The notes under the pieces are model-generated. The model did not search any database. It saw nothing but the letters and a program-made list of their open reading frames with translations, and had not been told where the DNA came from. The position numbers were made by a program, and so were the translations under genes. Positions 10,967 to 19,652 of a stretch of DNA of 64,000 bases are shown here, in pieces. This DNA is from an uncultured cyanobacterium (GTDB taxonomy: Bacteria > Cyanobacteriota > Cyanobacteriia > Cyanobacteriales > Nostocaceae), in assembly GCA_963706595.1 (NCBI GenBank), contig OY970166.1:768001-832000 (forward strand), in the 5' to 3' direction. The number at the start of each line of letters is the position of its first letter. Position 1 is the first letter of the stretch.

Positions 10967-11791
10967 GTGCCGTCACGAAATAAGATAATTACTAATGCAT
11001 CTCCTACCGTAATAGCAATGTTGGAAAAAGAGGCAAAACTTCTGAACACCAAAAGAGTTTTGTTTCTTTTAGTAGTTGGTGCTGCATTGATTTTTTCTTC
11101 TCGTCAAAGTGAGTTAAATTTCCCTGTACTGCTACAACAAGGAGAGAATATGGTGGAATATGTAAATGCATATTTTCCGCCAGATTTTAGCGATTGGGAT
11201 TATTATTTCTCAGAAACTGTCATTACTATCTCTATGGGAGTTTGGGGAACTTTAATGGCGGCGATTACAGCTGTTCCTCTATCTATCCTAGCATCTAATA
11301 ATATGTGTCCAATCTGGGTTGTACAACCGACACGTCGCGTCTTAGATGCTATGCGTGCGATTAATGAAATCGTCTTTGCACTAATATTTGTAGTAGCTGT
11401 AGGTTTAGGGCCTTTTGCTGGTGTATTAGCCTTATTTGTGAATACTACCGGCGTTTTAGGTAAACTGTTTTCAGAAGCTGTAGAATCAATTGAGCCAGGC
11501 CCTGTAGAAGGAATTAGAGCCACTGGTGCAAGTCACATTCAAGAAGTTATTTATGGAGTGATTCCTCAAGTAATGCCTTTATGGACTTCTTTTACTCTCT
11601 ATAGATTTGAGTCTAATGTCCGTTCTGCTTCTGTCTTGGGAATTGTCGGTGCTGGTGGTATTGGTGTTTCATTATACCAAAGTTTTGGTTCTTTTCAATA
11701 CCAAAAAGTCTGTGCAATTTTGATTATTTTGGTCATTGCTACAGGTCTGATTGATTTACTTTCTGCCAAGGTGAGAAGGTGGCTCATCTAG
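10967..11791 (+). CDS. phnE: Phosphonate ABC transporter permease
   Basis: GKLFSEAVE, LYRFESNVRSASVLGIVGAGGIG. Confidence 0.95.
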   Translation: MPSRNKIITNASPTVIAMLEKEAKLLNTKRVLFLLVVGAALIFSSRQSELNFPVLLQQGENMVEYVNAYFPPDFSDWDYYFSETVITISMGVWGTLMAAITAVPLSILASNNMCPIWVVQPTRRVLDAMRAINEIVFALIFVVAVGLGPFAGVLALFVNTTGVLGKLFSEAVESIEPGPVEGIRATGASHIQEVIYGVIPQVMPLWTSFTLYRFESNVRSASVLGIVGAGGIGVSLYQSFGSFQYQKVCAILIILVIATGLIDLLSAKVRRWLI

Positions 11792-11823
11792 ATATTACCT
11801 ATTCCTTGTCCCAGGGGTTTTCT

Positions 11824-12552
11824 TCAGTCATTTTCAAAAAATAACTCCATGCGATCGCCCCGCAGTCGAGTTACACCATACTCAATGATATTACCTGTGT
11901 CATCAACGTTCACAGACTCCGCTAACAAGATGGGTTGATTGAGGGGTAATTGTAGCCATTTTGCATCTTGAGGCTGGACTAGACGAGCAGAAACACAGGT
12001 ACTGCGGCGTATGTGGTCACATCCATATACCTGTTGTAAAAACTGAGATATTGATTGCTGTTCTTGCAAAATCTTGATGTTTTCCGGCTCTAAGAAATCT
12101 GGGAAGCGTTTCAGGGGAAAATATCCAGTACCCACGCTAATGGGTTCTTCATCTGCTAAACCTAAACGTTCAATTAACGCTACTGGCTGACCATAAGGAA
12201 TCTCTAATCCTTTAGCGATCGCATTGTCAGCAGGTACATCTAAGACGCGTAATAGTTGAAACCTAGCTTGCCAACCTTGAGCTTTTAACGTTTGATTGTA
12301 ACGCACTCGCTTACCAATAGCGTAGCGAATGGTTTTCCCCGCGACAAAAGTTCCCCTTCCCCGGTCAATTCGTAACAATCCCTCGTTTTTTAGTAAGGCG
12401 ATCGCCTGTCTGAGGGTATGACGATTGACAGCAAATTGTTCTGCTAACTTGGTTTCTGTTGGTAGTTGTTCCCCAATCTGATAAACCCCTTGATGAATAT
12501 TTTGTCGCAGTTGGTCGGCAATCTGGATATAAATCGGCATTATTTCTTTCAT
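11824..12552 (-). CDS. phnF: GntR/HutC-family phosphonate regulator
   Basis: LPTE..VNRHTLRQA..GRGTFV HTH plus UTRA domain. Confidence 0.93.
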   Translation of the reverse strand: MKEIMPIYIQIADQLRQNIHQGVYQIGEQLPTETKLAEQFAVNRHTLRQAIALLKNEGLLRIDRGRGTFVAGKTIRYAIGKRVRYNQTLKAQGWQARFQLLRVLDVPADNAIAKGLEIPYGQPVALIERLGLADEEPISVGTGYFPLKRFPDFLEPENIKILQEQQSISQFLQQVYGCDHIRRSTCVSARLVQPQDAKWLQLPLNQPILLAESVNVDDTGNIIEYGVTRLRGDRMELFFEND

Positions 12553-12567
12553 GTATCAATATTTAGA

Positions 12568-12637
12568 TTGTCAAGTTGTCAGAATTACGCTAATCTACTT
12601 TTATCTAGATGTCTAGACAAGTTAAGAATAGTTTAAA
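12568..12637 (+). promoter_or_regulatory. phnH promoter with probable PhnF operator
   Basis: TTGTCA-N17-TAATCT-N6-ATCTAGATGTCTAGAC; same layout at 14995-15065. Confidence 0.7.
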
Positions 12638-12659
12638 ACAAAATACCACAAAGCTGATA

Positions 12660-12845
12660 CAGGACTTACGCAAAATTATGAAAAAACGTATAGCCTTCGG
12701 CATAGCTTCCGCTTAACGCGTAGCGCATACCGCATATCGCTTTAGCGATACGCTTACCGCGTTAGCGTCTCCCCTTCTCCCAAAGGGAGAGGCTAGCGCC
12801 AAGGGAGAAGTCAAGAGGTTTCAGAGAGTTTTTGCCTAAGTCCTA
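12660..12845. mobile_element. MITE with AGGACTTACGCA...TGC(C/G)TAAGTCCT ends
   Basis: TIRs visible; same family as 62777-63135; internal small hairpins. Confidence 0.7.
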
Positions 12846-12930
12846 TTATAAAATCGATTTCTTCACAGATGATTGCTCACTAACCCGTGTCTGAAGGCGA
12901 TGGGTTTGCACACATTCTACAGCGATTTTT

Positions 12931-13527
12931 ATGTCAAATATAGTTACTCATTTACCTGGCTTTCAAGACTCAATTCATGATAGCCAACAGACATTTCGGG
13001 CGCTGCTTGATGCTAATGCTCGACCAGGGATACCTAAGAATATAACTGTCCAGATGAGCGTACCTTTGGGTTTAACGCCTGCTTGTGGGGCTGCTTGTTT
13101 GACATTGCTAGATTTGGATGTTGTGGTATGGTTACAGCCAAGTTTTGCTACTCCAGTTAGAGAGTGGTTGTTGTTCCAGACTGGCTGTCGCTTAACTCAG
13201 TATCCAGATAAAGCTGACTTTGCCTTAATTCAAGATTTGGCAGCCTTGCCAGAATTATCTATTTTTAACATGGGGACAGGAGAAAAACCCGAAGCTTCAA
13301 CAACCTTGTTGGTACAGATAGAAAATTTTGAAATGGGACAACCTGTGATGTTGACAGGTCCAGGAATTTTAGAGCAACAAGCGATTACTCCCCTAGTTCC
13401 CCGCCATTTTTGGGATTTCTGCATGGAGAATCATCAAGCCTATCCACAAGGGGTAGATGTATTTTTATTTACGGAAAATTCAGTAATGGGTCTACCACGC
13501 ACAGCCAAAAGTGAGTTAAATCAGTGA
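12931..13527 (+). CDS. phnH: C-P lyase subunit PhnH
   Basis: PGFQD..HDSQQTFRALL...RPG, LTLLD, LTGPGI, PQGVD. Confidence 0.95.
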   Translation: MSNIVTHLPGFQDSIHDSQQTFRALLDANARPGIPKNITVQMSVPLGLTPACGAACLTLLDLDVVVWLQPSFATPVREWLLFQTGCRLTQYPDKADFALIQDLAALPELSIFNMGTGEKPEASTTLLVQIENFEMGQPVMLTGPGILEQQAITPLVPRHFWDFCMENHQAYPQGVDVFLFTENSVMGLPRTAKSELNQ

Positions 13528-14723
13528 AAACAAACCAAACTATTCTAGATTCATCAACACGAAGTAACACAAAAATTGCTATCCAAGGAGTAAATGTACT
13601 AGCTCCCAATGGGTGGTTAAAAGATGCCACGGTTCTCATTGAAAATGGGCAATTTACTAGCATTGATCAGGCAATTACTCCTGATGGATTTCATCTGGTA
13701 AATGCTCAAGGACTCCAGATGTTACCAGGGATTATTGACTTACACGGTGATGCTTTTGAAAGAATGATTTGTCCCCGCCCCGGAGTCAACTTTCCTCTAC
13801 CAATAGCGATCGCAGATAATGACCGCAACCTCTTAGCATCAGGGATCACAACTTTTTATTGCTCCATCACCGACTCCTACGAACCAGGTTTACGTAGCCG
13901 AGAATCTGCTCGTAAGTTAATTGACTTCATCTTAGGGACAGGAAAACAAGTTTTAAATTGCAACCATCGCATTCATATCAGACATGAAGAAGCGAATATC
14001 GCCGGACATCAAGAGTTGTGTGATTGGCTAGGATCTGGGTGCGTGCAGATTTTGTCGATCAACGACCACTTACCACCTCCAGGAAATCAAAAAAGATTTA
14101 GCCGATATCTCAACAGTGTGAAGCAAAGATCATCTATGTCCATAGAAGAAATCGAACAATTAATCACACAAGTAACAGAACGGCGACATGAAGGATACGC
14201 TCAACTAGAACAACTGGTGGATTTAGCCCACACCTACGGTATTTCTCTCGCTTCCCACGATGATGACACCCCAGAAAAGGTAGCACTCAGTAAACAACGC
14301 CAAGTAGCGATCGCCGAATTTCCTGCTAATGTATCCTTGGCTGCGAAATCTCGTGAATATGGTGCATCTGTTCTCATGGGTGCGCCTAATTTAGTGCGTG
14401 GTGGCTCTCACCTGGGTTTGATGAGTGTAGCTGAAGCAGTTAAACATAATGTTCTTGATTGTCTTTGTTCGGATTACCATTATCCTTCCTTATTTTATGC
14501 GCCCTTCAAGTTAAAAGAATTAGGGTTAATGTCCTTTGAACAAGCATGGTCATTAGTTTCCAGCCGACCAGCAGCATCTGTCAAAATTAGCGATCGCAAA
14601 GGTAAAATTGCTCCAGGTTTAGATGCTGATTTTCTGTTAGTAGCTCCTGACCATCCTTTACCATCTGCGATCGCATCTGTTTATGTAGTAGGAAAAGAAG
14701 TTGCTCGATATCATATCAGATAA
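13524..14723 (+). CDS. phnM: PhnM-like amidohydrolase-fold triphosphatase, divergent paralog
   Basis: LPGIIDLHGDAFE, PRPGV, ASHDD, AEFP, MGAPNLVRGGSH, SDY. Confidence 0.85.
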   Translation: MKTNQTILDSSTRSNTKIAIQGVNVLAPNGWLKDATVLIENGQFTSIDQAITPDGFHLVNAQGLQMLPGIIDLHGDAFERMICPRPGVNFPLPIAIADNDRNLLASGITTFYCSITDSYEPGLRSRESARKLIDFILGTGKQVLNCNHRIHIRHEEANIAGHQELCDWLGSGCVQILSINDHLPPPGNQKRFSRYLNSVKQRSSMSIEEIEQLITQVTERRHEGYAQLEQLVDLAHTYGISLASHDDDTPEKVALSKQRQVAIAEFPANVSLAAKSREYGASVLMGAPNLVRGGSHLGLMSVAEAVKHNVLDCLCSDYHYPSLFYAPFKLKELGLMSFEQAWSLVSSRPAASVKISDRKGKIAPGLDADFLLVAPDHPLPSAIASVYVVGKEVARYHIR

Positions 14724-14725
14724 TT

Positions 14726-14930
14726 ATGCAACCAACCATTGACCATTTTTTGAATTGTTTTGACGCATTATTGATCTGTTCACTCAAAAGGGTTCTCAAT
14801 TGTATGGTGCGGAAGCCGTTAGCTAGCTAGTACCGTACGGCGGAAGTCAAAAATCTTATCCTCTAGGCTTTTTATTGATTTTGAATGGTCTGTTTATTTA
14901 CGCCGACTTGTACTAGAACAAGCTTTGCAA
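14726..14930 (+). pseudogene. phnZ: N-terminal relic of PhnZ-type HD-domain oxygenase
   Basis: MQPTID../IIDLFTQKGSQLYGAEAVS*L[MITE]EQALQ resembles the family N-terminus ..DLF...G...YGGEAVSQLEHALQ. Confidence 0.65.
14827..14916. repeat. CTAG-bounded small repeat/MITE (copy 2), inside the phnZ relic
   Basis: ctagtaccgtacggcggaagtc...tttacgccgacttgtactag. Confidence 0.7.
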
Positions 14931-14994
14931 TTATTCAATTGATTGCATTTGTGTGAAAATCTTGATGTTTTTTGGCTCAAAAAAATGATGTCTA

Positions 14995-15065
14995 TTGTCA
15001 ATTAACTGAAATTGAGTTAATGTATTTTTATCTAGATGTCTAGATGAATTTAAGATTAGTTTAAA
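14995..15065 (+). promoter_or_regulatory. phnG promoter with probable PhnF operator
   Basis: TTGTCA-N17-TAATGT-N6-ATCTAGATGTCTAGAT, then TTAAGAtTAGTTTAAA as at phnH. Confidence 0.7.
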
Positions 15066-15123
15066 GTAACTTCAGTTGGTAAACACAATTGGGAAAAGAA
15101 TAATTGCTACACTCTGGAGGAAA

Positions 15124-15585
15124 ATGGCTACCATAAGGCAAAGACAAGCTTGGATGGCAACATTAGCTAAAGCCGAACCAAAACCATTAGAAGTATTAAT
15201 CAGCAAATTAGATACATTACCCGGCTATAGTTTTTTACGTTCTCCAGAGACTGGTTTAGTGATGGTTCAAGGACGTGCTGGGGGTACGGGAAAACCATTT
15301 AACCTGGGAGACATGACGATAACTCGCTGTGTAGTACAGCTAGAAAGCTTAGGAACAGAGGAATCCATAACTGGATTTGGTTATGTTGGCGGGCGATCGC
15401 ACCGACACGCTGAATTAGCAGCTTTTTGTGATGCCTTACTGCAAAGTCCCAAATGGCATGATCAGATTCAAGCTGAAGTAATTCAACCACTCCAAGCAGA
15501 AAGCCAGCAACAGCAAGAACTTAAACAACGCCAAACTGCTGCCACTCAGGTTAACTTTTTTACAATGATGAGGGGACAAGGGTAA
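15124..15585 (+). CDS. phnG: C-P lyase subunit PhnG (start at ATG after the GGAGG RBS)
   Basis: RQAWMATLA, PETGLVMVQGRAGGTG.PFNLGDMTITRC, TQVNFFTMMRG. Confidence 0.95.
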   Translation: MATIRQRQAWMATLAKAEPKPLEVLISKLDTLPGYSFLRSPETGLVMVQGRAGGTGKPFNLGDMTITRCVVQLESLGTEESITGFGYVGGRSHRHAELAAFCDALLQSPKWHDQIQAEVIQPLQAESQQQQELKQRQTAATQVNFFTMMRGQG

Positions 15586-15641
15586 ATTGTCAAAAGTCTA
15601 AACTCCAATTAATTAACCAAGTTAAAAAAAGAGTAAAAATC

Positions 15642-16778
15642 ATGCCATACGTTGCAGTCAAAGGTGGTGAACAAGCAATCCAAAATGCCGAGACATTACT
15701 GCAAAGCAAACGCCGGGGTAAACCGAATATTCCCGAACTGACTCTAGACCAGATTGAACAACAGTTGACCCTAGCAGTAGAGAGGGTGATGTGCGAAGGC
15801 AATTTATATGACCGAGGATTAGCAGCTTTAGCTATCAAACAATCCTGGGGAGATTTAGTAGAAGCAATTTTTTTAATTCGAGCCTATCGAACAACACTGC
15901 CATGCTTATACTACAGCCAGCCCTTAGACACCAGCAAAATACAGATTCAACGGCGAATTTCCTCCATCTTTAAAGATGTTCCAGGAGGGCAAAATTTAGG
16001 GCCGACCTTTGACTACATCCACCGCTTGCTAGATTTCAAACTGATGGCAGAAAGCGAAGTTTCCCCTGCACCAGAAGCAGAGGCGACCAATGAACCTGTT
16101 CCCTATGTGATTGACACATTAGATCAAGAAGGATTGGTGCAGGCGGAAGTAGGAGAAATAGAAGGAGAAGAACCATTTGACTTAACTCGCCAACCCCTGA
16201 CCTTTCCCGCCGAAAGGGATGCGAGACTTCAGAATTTAGCGCGTGCAGATGAGGGCTTTTTGCTATCGCTGGCATACTCTACTCAACGAGGCTACGGCAG
16301 AAATCATCCATTTGCGGGGGAAATTCGCATGGGAGAAGTAGAAGTAGTAATTTGTCCTGAAGAATTGGGATTTGAAATCGCGATCGCGGATATAACAATC
16401 ACTGAAGTGCAGATGGTGAATCAGTTTCAAGGTAGTAAAGAATTACCCGCCCAATTCACTCGCGGTTATGGGCTAACCTTTGGCTACAATGAGCGCAAAG
16501 CTATGTCAATGGCCTTAGTAGATAGGGCAATGCGAGCTGAAGAATTGGGTGAAACGGTAGATAGTCCGGCTCAAAATATTGAATTTGTACTTTCTCACTC
16601 TGACAACGTAGAAGCACAGGGATTTGTCCAACACTTGAAATTGCCTCACTACATTGACTTTCAGGCAGAGTTAAATTTAGTACGCAAAATGCGACAGAAT
16701 CAACAGCCAGAGAAAAATCATGATGTGCCTCACGCAGAGACGCAGAGACGCAGAGAGGAAGTGAGAAAAGCCAAATGA
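15642..16778 (+). CDS. phnI: C-P lyase subunit PhnI
   Basis: YVAVKGGEQAI, ERKAMSMA, HSDNVEAQGFVQHLKLPHYIDFQAEL. Confidence 0.97.
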   Translation: MPYVAVKGGEQAIQNAETLLQSKRRGKPNIPELTLDQIEQQLTLAVERVMCEGNLYDRGLAALAIKQSWGDLVEAIFLIRAYRTTLPCLYYSQPLDTSKIQIQRRISSIFKDVPGGQNLGPTFDYIHRLLDFKLMAESEVSPAPEAEATNEPVPYVIDTLDQEGLVQAEVGEIEGEEPFDLTRQPLTFPAERDARLQNLARADEGFLLSLAYSTQRGYGRNHPFAGEIRMGEVEVVICPEELGFEIAIADITITEVQMVNQFQGSKELPAQFTRGYGLTFGYNERKAMSMALVDRAMRAEELGETVDSPAQNIEFVLSHSDNVEAQGFVQHLKLPHYIDFQAELNLVRKMRQNQQPEKNHDVPHAETQRRREEVRKAK

Positions 16779-17185
16779 TTACAGGAATTAACCATATAAC
16801 TTTATCAGTTGCCGATATAGAAGAATCTTTTAATTTCTACACCCAAGTTTTAGGTTGTCAAGCGATCGCTAAATGGCAACAAGGAGCTTATTTAATAGCA
16901 GGTAATCTATGGCTGTGCCTATCCTGGGATTCCCACACCCGCACCAGTCCGGCAACCGAATACACACATATTGCTTTTACTATTTCTGAACATGATTTTC
17001 CAGAATATAGCGATCGCTTGCTCAAACTTGGCATCCAACAATGGAAACAAAACACCAGTGAAGGAGATTCTATATATATTCTCGACCCAGACCACCACAA
17101 ATTAGAACTACACGTAGGGAACCTATCAACCAGAATCGCCGCCACGAAACAATCCCCCTACGAAAACATGGAATTTTTTGTCTAA
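16775..17185 (+). CDS. fosA: FosA-type fosfomycin glutathione transferase (VOC fold)
   Basis: GINHITLSV, W..GAYL..G.LWLCLS, YTHIAF, WKQNTSEGDSIY.LDPD.HKLELHVG.L..R, PY. Confidence 0.85.
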   Translation: MITGINHITLSVADIEESFNFYTQVLGCQAIAKWQQGAYLIAGNLWLCLSWDSHTRTSPATEYTHIAFTISEHDFPEYSDRLLKLGIQQWKQNTSEGDSIYILDPDHHKLELHVGNLSTRIAATKQSPYENMEFFV

Positions 17186-17215
17186 AAATCTCTGCGTGAC
17201 TCTGCGTTTAAAAAA

Positions 17216-18076
17216 ATGCCCCAATCACAAACCCAAACCCAAACCGGCTTCAACTTTGCTTACCTCGACGAACAAACCAAACGCTCAATTCGTCGCGCCT
17301 TACTCAAAGCCATTGCTATCCCAGGACATCAAATTCCCTTTTCTTCCAGAGAAATGCCCATGTCATACGGCTGGGGAACTGGAGGAATGCAAGTCACAGC
17401 AGCTGTAATTGGTCAAACTGATGTTCTTAAAGTCATCGACCAAGGTGCAGACGACACCACCAACGCCGTGAATATTCGCCGCTTTTTCAAAAAAGTGTGC
17501 GGGATAGAAACAACAGAACAAACAGAAAAAGCCACCCTGATCCAGACCCGCCACCGCATACCTGAAACACCACTGAGGGAAGGACAAATTTTAGTTTACC
17601 AAGTGCCAATTCCCGAACCTTTACGCTGGCTCGAACCCTCATCTGTAGAAACGGGCAAAATGCACGCCCTAGAAGAGTACGGGCCAATGTACGTCAAGCT
17701 GTATGAAGATATTACCAAGCACGGACACATTGCCACATCCTACGATTACCCCGTAATGGTGCATGACCGTTATTTAATGAGTCCTAGTCCCATACCACGT
17801 TTCGATAATCCCAAAATGCAGATGAATCCAGCACTCCAATTATTTGGTGCTGGAAGAGAAAAGCGCATCTATGCCGTACCACCTTATACCAAAGTTAAAA
17901 GCCTCGACTTTGAAGACCACCCCTTTACTGTCGAACGATGGCATCAAGCCTGTGAGTTATGTGGTTCTACTGAGAGCTACCTAGACGAAGTATTAATTAA
18001 CGACAAAGGAGGCAGGCTGTGGATTTGTTCAGATACAGACTATTGCCGCCAGCAACAGCAGCAAAGAATGTCTTAA
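17216..18076 (+). CDS. phnJ: C-P lyase PhnJ
   Basis: MPMSYGWGTGG, CELCGS..SYLDE..CSDTDYC. Confidence 0.97.
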   Translation: MPQSQTQTQTGFNFAYLDEQTKRSIRRALLKAIAIPGHQIPFSSREMPMSYGWGTGGMQVTAAVIGQTDVLKVIDQGADDTTNAVNIRRFFKKVCGIETTEQTEKATLIQTRHRIPETPLREGQILVYQVPIPEPLRWLEPSSVETGKMHALEEYGPMYVKLYEDITKHGHIATSYDYPVMVHDRYLMSPSPIPRFDNPKMQMNPALQLFGAGREKRIYAVPPYTKVKSLDFEDHPFTVERWHQACELCGSTESYLDEVLINDKGGRLWICSDTDYCRQQQQQRMS

Positions 18077-18095
18077 TTACGAATTACGAATTAAC

Positions 18096-18866
18096 ATGAA
18101 GCCTATTTTACAGATACAAGAACTAAGTAAATCTTACAATCAAATCCAGGCTTGTGATCGCATCTCTTTTGATTTGTATCCTGGACAAGTTCTCGGTATT
18201 GTCGGTGAATCAGGGTCGGGTAAGTCTACTTTGCTCAAAGCGATCGCCAATAATATTACTATCGATAAAGGTAACGTTATTTACAAAAGTCGCCAAGAAA
18301 AATATTTAGAGATCACCCAACTTCCAGAACATCAACGCCGTTGGTTGATGCGAACCGAGTGGGGTTTTGTCCAACAAAATCCTCGTGACGGCTTACGAAT
18401 GCAAGTAAGTGCAGGAGCAAACATTGGTGAACGATTACTAGATATTGGAGTCCGACACTATGGCAAAATTCGGGATGAAGCGGCGCACTGGTTACAACAA
18501 GTAGAAATTGATCCAAAGCGAATGGATGACTTGCCAACAACTTTCTCTGGAGGGATGCAGCAAAGGCTACAGCTTGCCCGTGTGTTGGTAACGCAACCAC
18601 AGTTGATATTAATGGATGAACCCACAGGTGGACTAGACGTATCAGTCCAAGCCCGCTTATTAGACTTATTGCGATCGCTAGTCAGAAACTTTAACTTAAG
18701 TGTAATTTTAGTCACCCATGACATCGGCGTTGTCCGACTCCTAGCCCATCGCTTACTAGTAATGCAACAAGGACAAGTCGTGGAATCAGGACTAACCGAC
18801 CAAGTACTAGACAATCCACAACATCCCTACACCCAACTCCTAGTCAGCGCCGCCCTCACACCATAA
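18096..18866 (+). CDS. phnK: C-P lyase ABC-type ATPase PhnK
   Basis: RTEWGFVQQNPRDGL, FSGGMQQRLQ, DEPTGGLDVSVQARL. Confidence 0.97.
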   Translation: MKPILQIQELSKSYNQIQACDRISFDLYPGQVLGIVGESGSGKSTLLKAIANNITIDKGNVIYKSRQEKYLEITQLPEHQRRWLMRTEWGFVQQNPRDGLRMQVSAGANIGERLLDIGVRHYGKIRDEAAHWLQQVEIDPKRMDDLPTTFSGGMQQRLQLARVLVTQPQLILMDEPTGGLDVSVQARLLDLLRSLVRNFNLSVILVTHDIGVVRLLAHRLLVMQQGQVVESGLTDQVLDNPQHPYTQLLVSAALTP

Positions 18867-18926
18867 TTCCTCCTTCTTTCCTTCTTTCCTCCTTTGCGCC
18901 TTTGCGCCTTTGCGTGAGATAAAAAA

Positions 18927-19652
18927 ATGCTAACCCTCAACCACCATCACCCACCAATTAACATCCATCCTCACACCCTCCTACACATTGAAAACCTACA
19001 TAAAAGCTTCATCCTCCATCAACAAGGAGGAGTACGCTTACCAGTCCTCAAAAAAATTTCCCTCACCTTAAATCCTGGAGAATGCGTAGCCCTATCAGGT
19101 GCATCTGGTTCCGGTAAATCTACATTTATGCGCTGTATATACGGCAACTATCGTGCTGATAGCGGCTCAGTGTGGGTCAAACATGAAGGACATTGGCTCG
19201 ACTTATGTCAACTTCTGCCCCATGAACTTTTAGCCGTGAGGCAAAAAACCATTGGATATGTCAGCCAGTTTTTACGAGTAATTCCCAGAGTACCAGCCCT
19301 AGAAGTTGCCGCAGAACTGTTGTTGGACTTAGGCGAAGATCCAAAAGTTGCTTTGGTCAAAGTTCAAGACTTATTTCATCGACTGCAACTACCAGAACGC
19401 TTGTGGCATCTTTCCCCCACAACCTTTTCTGGCGGCGAAAAACAACGAGTAAATTTAGCTCGCGCCCTTGTAGTTAACTTCCCAATTTTGCTACTAGATG
19501 AACCCACCTCAGCCCTAGATGCAACCAATCGCCAAGTAGTGATGGAAATTCTAGAAGAACGTAAAAGTATGGGCTGTGCCTTAATTGGCATTTTTCATGA
19601 TCAAGAAGTGCGATCGCGACTGTGTAACCGGGAGTTAACCTGCAATGAATGA
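18927..19652 (+). CDS. phnL: C-P lyase system protein PhnL
   Basis: GYVSQFLRVIPRV, TFSGGEKQRVN, IGIFHD. Confidence 0.96.
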   Translation: MLTLNHHHPPINIHPHTLLHIENLHKSFILHQQGGVRLPVLKKISLTLNPGECVALSGASGSGKSTFMRCIYGNYRADSGSVWVKHEGHWLDLCQLLPHELLAVRQKTIGYVSQFLRVIPRVPALEVAAELLLDLGEDPKVALVKVQDLFHRLQLPERLWHLSPTTFSGGEKQRVNLARALVVNFPILLLDEPTSALDATNRQVVMEILEERKSMGCALIGIFHDQEVRSRLCNRELTCNE

